NCBI GenBank assembly: GCA_965240325.2
Contig: OZ251229.1
Coordinates: forward strand, 1,178,001 to 1,242,000
Reading direction: 5' to 3'
Length of the DNA stretch: 64,000 nucleotides
DNA from: Rebecca billardiae RCC1528
Taxonomy: Eukaryota > Protista > Haptophyta
This document shows positions 60,301 through 64,000 of the stretch, in pieces. Under the pieces are notes generated by a model that did not search any database, was not told where the DNA came from, and saw only the letters and a list, made by a program, of their open reading frames with translations. How positions within the stretch are numbered: the first letter of the stretch is position 1; each line of letters opens with the position of its first letter. A program made the position numbers and the translations under genes.

Positions 60301-61223
60301 GCGACGACGAGTGCGGACAGCTCGGGCTGGGTTACGGTCTCCTGGAGCCAGGACCGACAGCGTTCGCGCAAGTTTGGACGCTCGCTGACGAGCACGTCGT
60401 CTGCATTGCGGCAGGCGAGGAGCACAGCCTCGCGCTCACCGCAGCTGGCTGTGCGTACAGCTGGGGCAACAACACGTGCGGCGAGCTCGGCCACGGCGAC
60501 ACGACGTGTCGATGGGAAGCGACGCGCATCGAGTCGCTGGACGGCGTGCGCGTGGGTGGGGTGACGGCATGGGCCCAGCACACGCTGCTGCTTTCGACCG
60601 GTGGGGCCGTGTACTCGTGCGGCTCTGGCTCCGATGGCCAGCTCGGCTACGGCGGTGGCCAGCTCAGCTTCGGCGGCCAGCAATGTCAGCTCACGCCGAA
60701 GCGCATCGAGGCGCTCGCTGGCGTGCGCGCGCTGCACGTGAGCGCGGGCCGTGCGCACAGCCTGGTGGTGAGCGCGGGCGGCGTGCGCTCGTTTGGCGCG
60801 GGGGTCAACGGGGAGCTTGGGCACGGCGATGGGGCTGACAGCGCTGTGCCCGCGCGCATCGAGGCCCTTGCAGGCGTGCGTGCCGTGCGTGCGTACGCTG
60901 GCTACGGCAGCAGCGCTGTGCTGGGTGCGGACGGCAGCGTGCACGCGTTCGGGGACAGCTCGTCCGGCATGCTGGGCACCGGGCGCACGGATGAAGGTGA
61001 GCTGGTGCCTGCACGTGTGGCCGCCCTGGCGCACACGCGAGTGGTGCGCTGCGCCATGGGCGGAAGCCACTCGCTGTTTGAGACGGCCGGCGGAGGCGTG
61101 TACGCGTGTGGAGAGCTGTCAGCCGCGCTCGGCCTTGGCCGCGGCAGGGCTGTCGACGCCGAGCCGAGCCACGTGGCCACGCCTGCATTGGTCGGGTCCC
61201 TGCGGACCGCGTTCCGCCGCTGA
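57306..61223 (+). CDS. Sel1-repeat (~22) + F-box-like + RCC1-repeat fusion protein
   Basis: 36-aa repeats AQNNLG..Y..GEGVPQD.AEAVRWYRLAAEQG (57312-59714); LLALLPVELVDRIVSHL...L...SATSR; RCC1 motifs AAG..H.L, WG.N..GELGHGD and GQLG; first ATG at 57306. Confidence 0.9.
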   Translation: MDMLYERGEGVPQDWAEGAEAVRWYRLAAEQGDAAAQNNLGVRYEQGEGVPQDRAEAVRWYRLAAEQGCADAQNNLGVRYERGEGVPQDWAEAARFYRLGAEQGDAAAQNNLGVRYERGEGVLQDWAEAARWYRLAAEQGYAAAQTNLGWLCARGEGVQQDWAKAVRWYQLAAEQGYAAAQNNLGVRYERGEGVQHDWAKAVHLYRQAAEQGYAAAQNNLGELYERGEGVPQDMAEAVRWYRLAAEQGEAAAQNYLGELYKRGKGVPQDMAEAVRWYQQAAEQGYAAAQANLGWHYAQGEGVQLDWAEAMRWSRLAAEQGEACAQINLGLLYARGKGVPQDMAEAVRWYRLAAEQGHAAAQNNLGKLYARGKGVPQDWAEAVRWYRLAAEQGHAAAQNNLGKLYARGKGAPHDSAEAVRLLQLAAEQGEAVAQYNLGMRYERAEGVPQDWAEAVRWYRLAAEQGHTAAQKHLGELYERGEGVQQDWAEAVRWYRLAAEQGEAAAQHHLGWLYARGEGVQQDMAEAVRWYRLTAEQGDAAAQNYLGELYERGEGVPQDMAEAVRWYQLAAEQGDAAAQNNLGVRYERGEGVPQDWAEAVRWFRLAAEKGDAAAQNYLGELYERGVGVQQDMAEAVRWYRLAAEQGDAAAQNNLGVLYARGEGVQQDMAEAVRWYQLAAEQGCAVAQNNLGVRYKRGEGVPHDWAKAAHWYRQAAEQGDADAQNNLGVRYERGEGVPQDMAEAVRWYRLAAEQGEAAAQHHLGWLYARGEGVQLDCAEAVRMYRLAAEQGYALAQNNLGWLCERGMLTHVREAAPPCSLATSSSPPLLALLPVELVDRIVSHLDDTDDLAAASATSRIFRGAPPAGHSPIERALRERARARGHERALPAKLPPTVRTWIELLLSRERVHSLACAHASPIACGSNFSAFVDAVGGLHTCGEAAELDEYGEPTEVPPALGHEAARALVPTRVLSLSAVRVVAVAAGFYHLLALSEAGAVYGCGDDECGQLGLGYGLLEPGPTAFAQVWTLADEHVVCIAAGEEHSLALTAAGCAYSWGNNTCGELGHGDTTCRWEATRIESLDGVRVGGVTAWAQHTLLLSTGGAVYSCGSGSDGQLGYGGGQLSFGGQQCQLTPKRIEALAGVRALHVSAGRAHSLVVSAGGVRSFGAGVNGELGHGDGADSAVPARIEALAGVRAVRAYAGYGSSAVLGADGSVHAFGDSSSGMLGTGRTDEGELVPARVAALAHTRVVRCAMGGSHSLFETAGGGVYACGELSAALGLGRGRAVDAEPSHVATPALVGSLRTAFRR

Positions 61224-61308
61224 GCAGCAGCCTTGCTGCCATCCGCACGGCTCTGCACAGCGCTTCGGAGCGGCCATTGGCTGCTGCTATTGCGCAATGA
61301 TATACATA

Positions 61309-62604
61309 TATATATATGATCGGCTACGCCGATCTTCGGGTAGTGAACAACGAAGTTGATGGCGCACGGCCCTGGTAGTTGTCGCGTTCTTCACCGCCAA
61401 TCACTACGATGCGCGCGCCCGGCGCCGCGGCGCGTCCGGCCGTGCAGGAGGCGCGGGCGCGAGTAATCGACTCGATCGACGGCCTCGGGGGGCTGGGCCG
61501 TGTCGAACTCGACGCGCAGCAGCCGCAGCGCCTCCGCCCGGTGCGCTTCGGGCAGCCCTGCTGTGGCCGCGCGCAGTCCGCGGAGATCGCGCTCGGCAGC
61601 TCGCCCGTCAGCCTCGCACAGCCTCGCGCGCTCGGCAGGATCGGCGCAGCGTCGGACAAGCTCGCGCAGCTCGTCCTCGGCGTCGGCGGGGAAGAGCGTC
61701 GCGAGCAGCCGCGGCTCGAGCCTGTCTACGATGTCCCGCAGCCGCAGCAGCCGCTCCTTGCACGCCCTCGGCGTCTTCCCCTCGAATGCGGGCCACGCGC
61801 GCTGCGAGGTCGCGTGCAGCACGTGCGCATACTGCGACTGCAGCAGGCCAATGTCCCGCGGCTCGAGCCTGTCTACGATGTCCCGCAGCCGCAGCAGCCG
61901 CTCCTTGCACGCCCTCGGCGTCTTCCTCTCGAATGCGGGCCACGCGCGCTGCGAGGTCGCGCCTGCAGCACGTGCGCCGATCGATACTGCGACTGCAGCA
62001 GGCCAATCGGACAATGTCCTTCCTGCTCGATCGTCCACGACGAGTCGTGTAGAAGCGCAGGACGTGCTGGTCGTGCATGGTGCGCAGCGCGGTGTGCAAG
62101 CGCGCGAACGCGCGCTCGGGCGAGTCCTCCGGCAAGAGCTCGTCCTGCGGCTCGGTGCCCGGCTGCCGCTCTCCCTGCCTGCGCGCCGCCGCACGCCGCG
62201 CGGACAGACAGCAGCGTCGCCATCACAGCCGGTGGGCAACAGCTGCCGGCTGGGTCGGATGCGGCTGAGCAGTGGAAGCCAGGCGAAGCGTCGTCGCGGG
62301 CGAAGCTGCGCTGGGTGATGCAGCTCGGGTCAGTGGGCAAGTCGCACCCCGCCGTCGGTCGCCTCCACGCCCCAGGCTCGCTCGAGGTCGAGTCACCTGC
62401 GCGGCGCGGCGTCCGATGGCCGTGTAGTCACGTACAAACAATTCGTCGGCGGGCGTGACGCCGCGGGCCGGGCGTGGCGGGGTGTACACTTTGGGCCGAA
62501 GACGCATGGCAGGGCGGGGCGCGCGGGGTGAGCGAGGCACGAATGCGATGCCGACGGCTGTTGGGACCCGCCGCAGCTGCAGTGCGCGCACCTGCGCTGA
62601 GTCG
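61309..62604 (-). pseudogene. Frameshifted unknown gene in a dispersed repeat, with ~147-bp internal tandem duplication
   Basis: Coding-like pieces in several frames (ORFs 61391-62239 and 61608-62135); duplication at ~61711-61857 and ~61858-62010; second copy at 32816-33917. Confidence 0.55.
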
Positions 62605-62694
62605 CGCGCACCGGCACGCACTGAGACGAGCCTTTTCGGCTCGATCGCCCTCGGTCGGCGCCGCCAAATAACGCTCACGGGTAAGCGGATTAAT

Positions 62695-63777
62695 CCCACT
62701 GCAACAGATAGGATCTGATCCTATGGCATAGGATGAGTTCACCAGAGCGCCAGCGGCTCAGTTCTGCGCATGCGATCATCGGTGTTGCTATATCGTACAC
62801 ACAACTCCACCGGCTGTCGACACACACCATCTCCGCCTGCCGCCACTGCCACGGCGGTCGCGCGCGCGCGCGCGCGACCGCGCGCGCGCGCGCGATCCTA
62901 TGCCATAGGATCCGCGCCAGGGACGGCTACATAGGATCGGCATGACAGCGTCAGTTGCTCGCCCCTGGCAGCCGAGCGGCGACCCTGGGCACGGACGGCG
63001 CAGGCGAGTGCTCGCACCGGATGCCCGCGCTGCCGCCCGCACCGCCGCCCACGCCGCCAGGCGCGTTGCTGCCCGTGGCACACCATTCTGGGGCGGGGCG
63101 AAGAGAGGGCAACCGCCATCGTGCGTGCGGCCACGGACCTCCCACGATGGTGGCGGCCGTCCTTGTGGACCACTAGCCCACGAATCCAAGAGCGTGCGGG
63201 TCGAGCGTCGCGTAAATCGACTGCGGCACACGCATGGCGTGTCTACAGGTGCGATACCATCCACGCACGCGACATGGCAAGATGTTCCGGCTACCTCCGA
63301 GGCTTGCTCTACATGCGTGCCGATGCTCGATCGCAACCACCTGACGACGCGAGCGACCCCCAGCGGCTTGTGCGCGCAGCCCCGGCGTGACGTACAATGC
63401 CATGCTTGGCGAGGACCAAAACGCATTGTGATTGAACCTCGTACGGCTCCGGTCGAACACAGTGAACCACGATGTGTGAGCATCAAGCTGGGTGTCATCA
63501 CAAGTGCCACATGTTGGTCGGCGTTGCCACCGTGGAGTCGCAAGGCGGCAACGACCGCGACGGCTTCACGCGCTCCATCCGTGGAGCCCAAAACATGCGG
63601 TGGTGGTCGAAAATCACAACAAGCTCGCTCTGGCGGATGGTGGCGACACTGCTACCGACCCCTAGGTGCAGTCGTACCATTCGGCAACATGAGAAAATGT
63701 CGTCTGCTGAGTCGTCCCTGGGGCCATCCTATGCCATAGGATTGAATCCTATGGGATAGGATTAGGATCGCAGTGGG
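62695..63777. mobile_element. Non-autonomous TIR element (CMC/EnSpm-like MITE)
   Basis: Termini CCCACTGC / GCAGTGGG, AT on both flanks, palindrome ATCCTAT-N3-ATAGGAT at ~62718, 62895, 63726 and 63746. Confidence 0.8.
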
Positions 63778-64000
63778 ATATCCGTAAGATGCCCTCATTT
63801 GGTCATATCGTCACTTCTTCGGCCACGCCCGCACGGGGCGCATATTCTGGTCGAAGCGAACCGCCGTTTTTGTAATTTTGACGTATCTCAGAAATGGTAC
63901 GGCGAAACGGTGCGAAAACGCGTGCCTAGGCGTTTTTGATTAGGGAAAGATCTGGCAGGGTTCATTTCGCGGGTACCAATAGACAAACGAGCCGCGATGA

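Overview
Very GC-rich eukaryotic DNA (by inference an alga such as a Pavlovales haptophyte; not verifiable here), forming a transposon-dense, partly pseudogenised region. Supportable genes: a Popeye/cNMP-binding membrane protein, a C2H2-zinc-finger plus ASCH-domain protein, a ~2150-aa protein with 75-aa repeats, a TDP2-like EEP phosphodiesterase, a Sel1/F-box/RCC1 fusion protein and a U6 snRNA gene (minus strand, ~43.9 kb). Fragments of CCT5, F-box/RCC1, exostosin, LINE and copia sequences are also present. Mobile DNA includes three copies of a non-autonomous Helitron, a MULE-like TIR element with a nested LINE, two CCC...GGG MITEs with AT target duplications, and two related families of insertions with one fixed end and one variable end. 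The most striking observation is the ~386-bp tandem array at 8.1-11 kb. It carries 15 near-perfect copies of the catalytic 3' half of U6 (AGC triad, ISL, putative U2-pairing segment), each fused to one of two non-U6 5' hairpins that replace the ACAGAGA box. One type has a TATA-like box at the same spacing as the real U6 gene, and both end in oligo-T. This is a candidate family of chimeric U6-derived Pol III RNAs. All domain calls come from motif recognition by eye; no searches were run.
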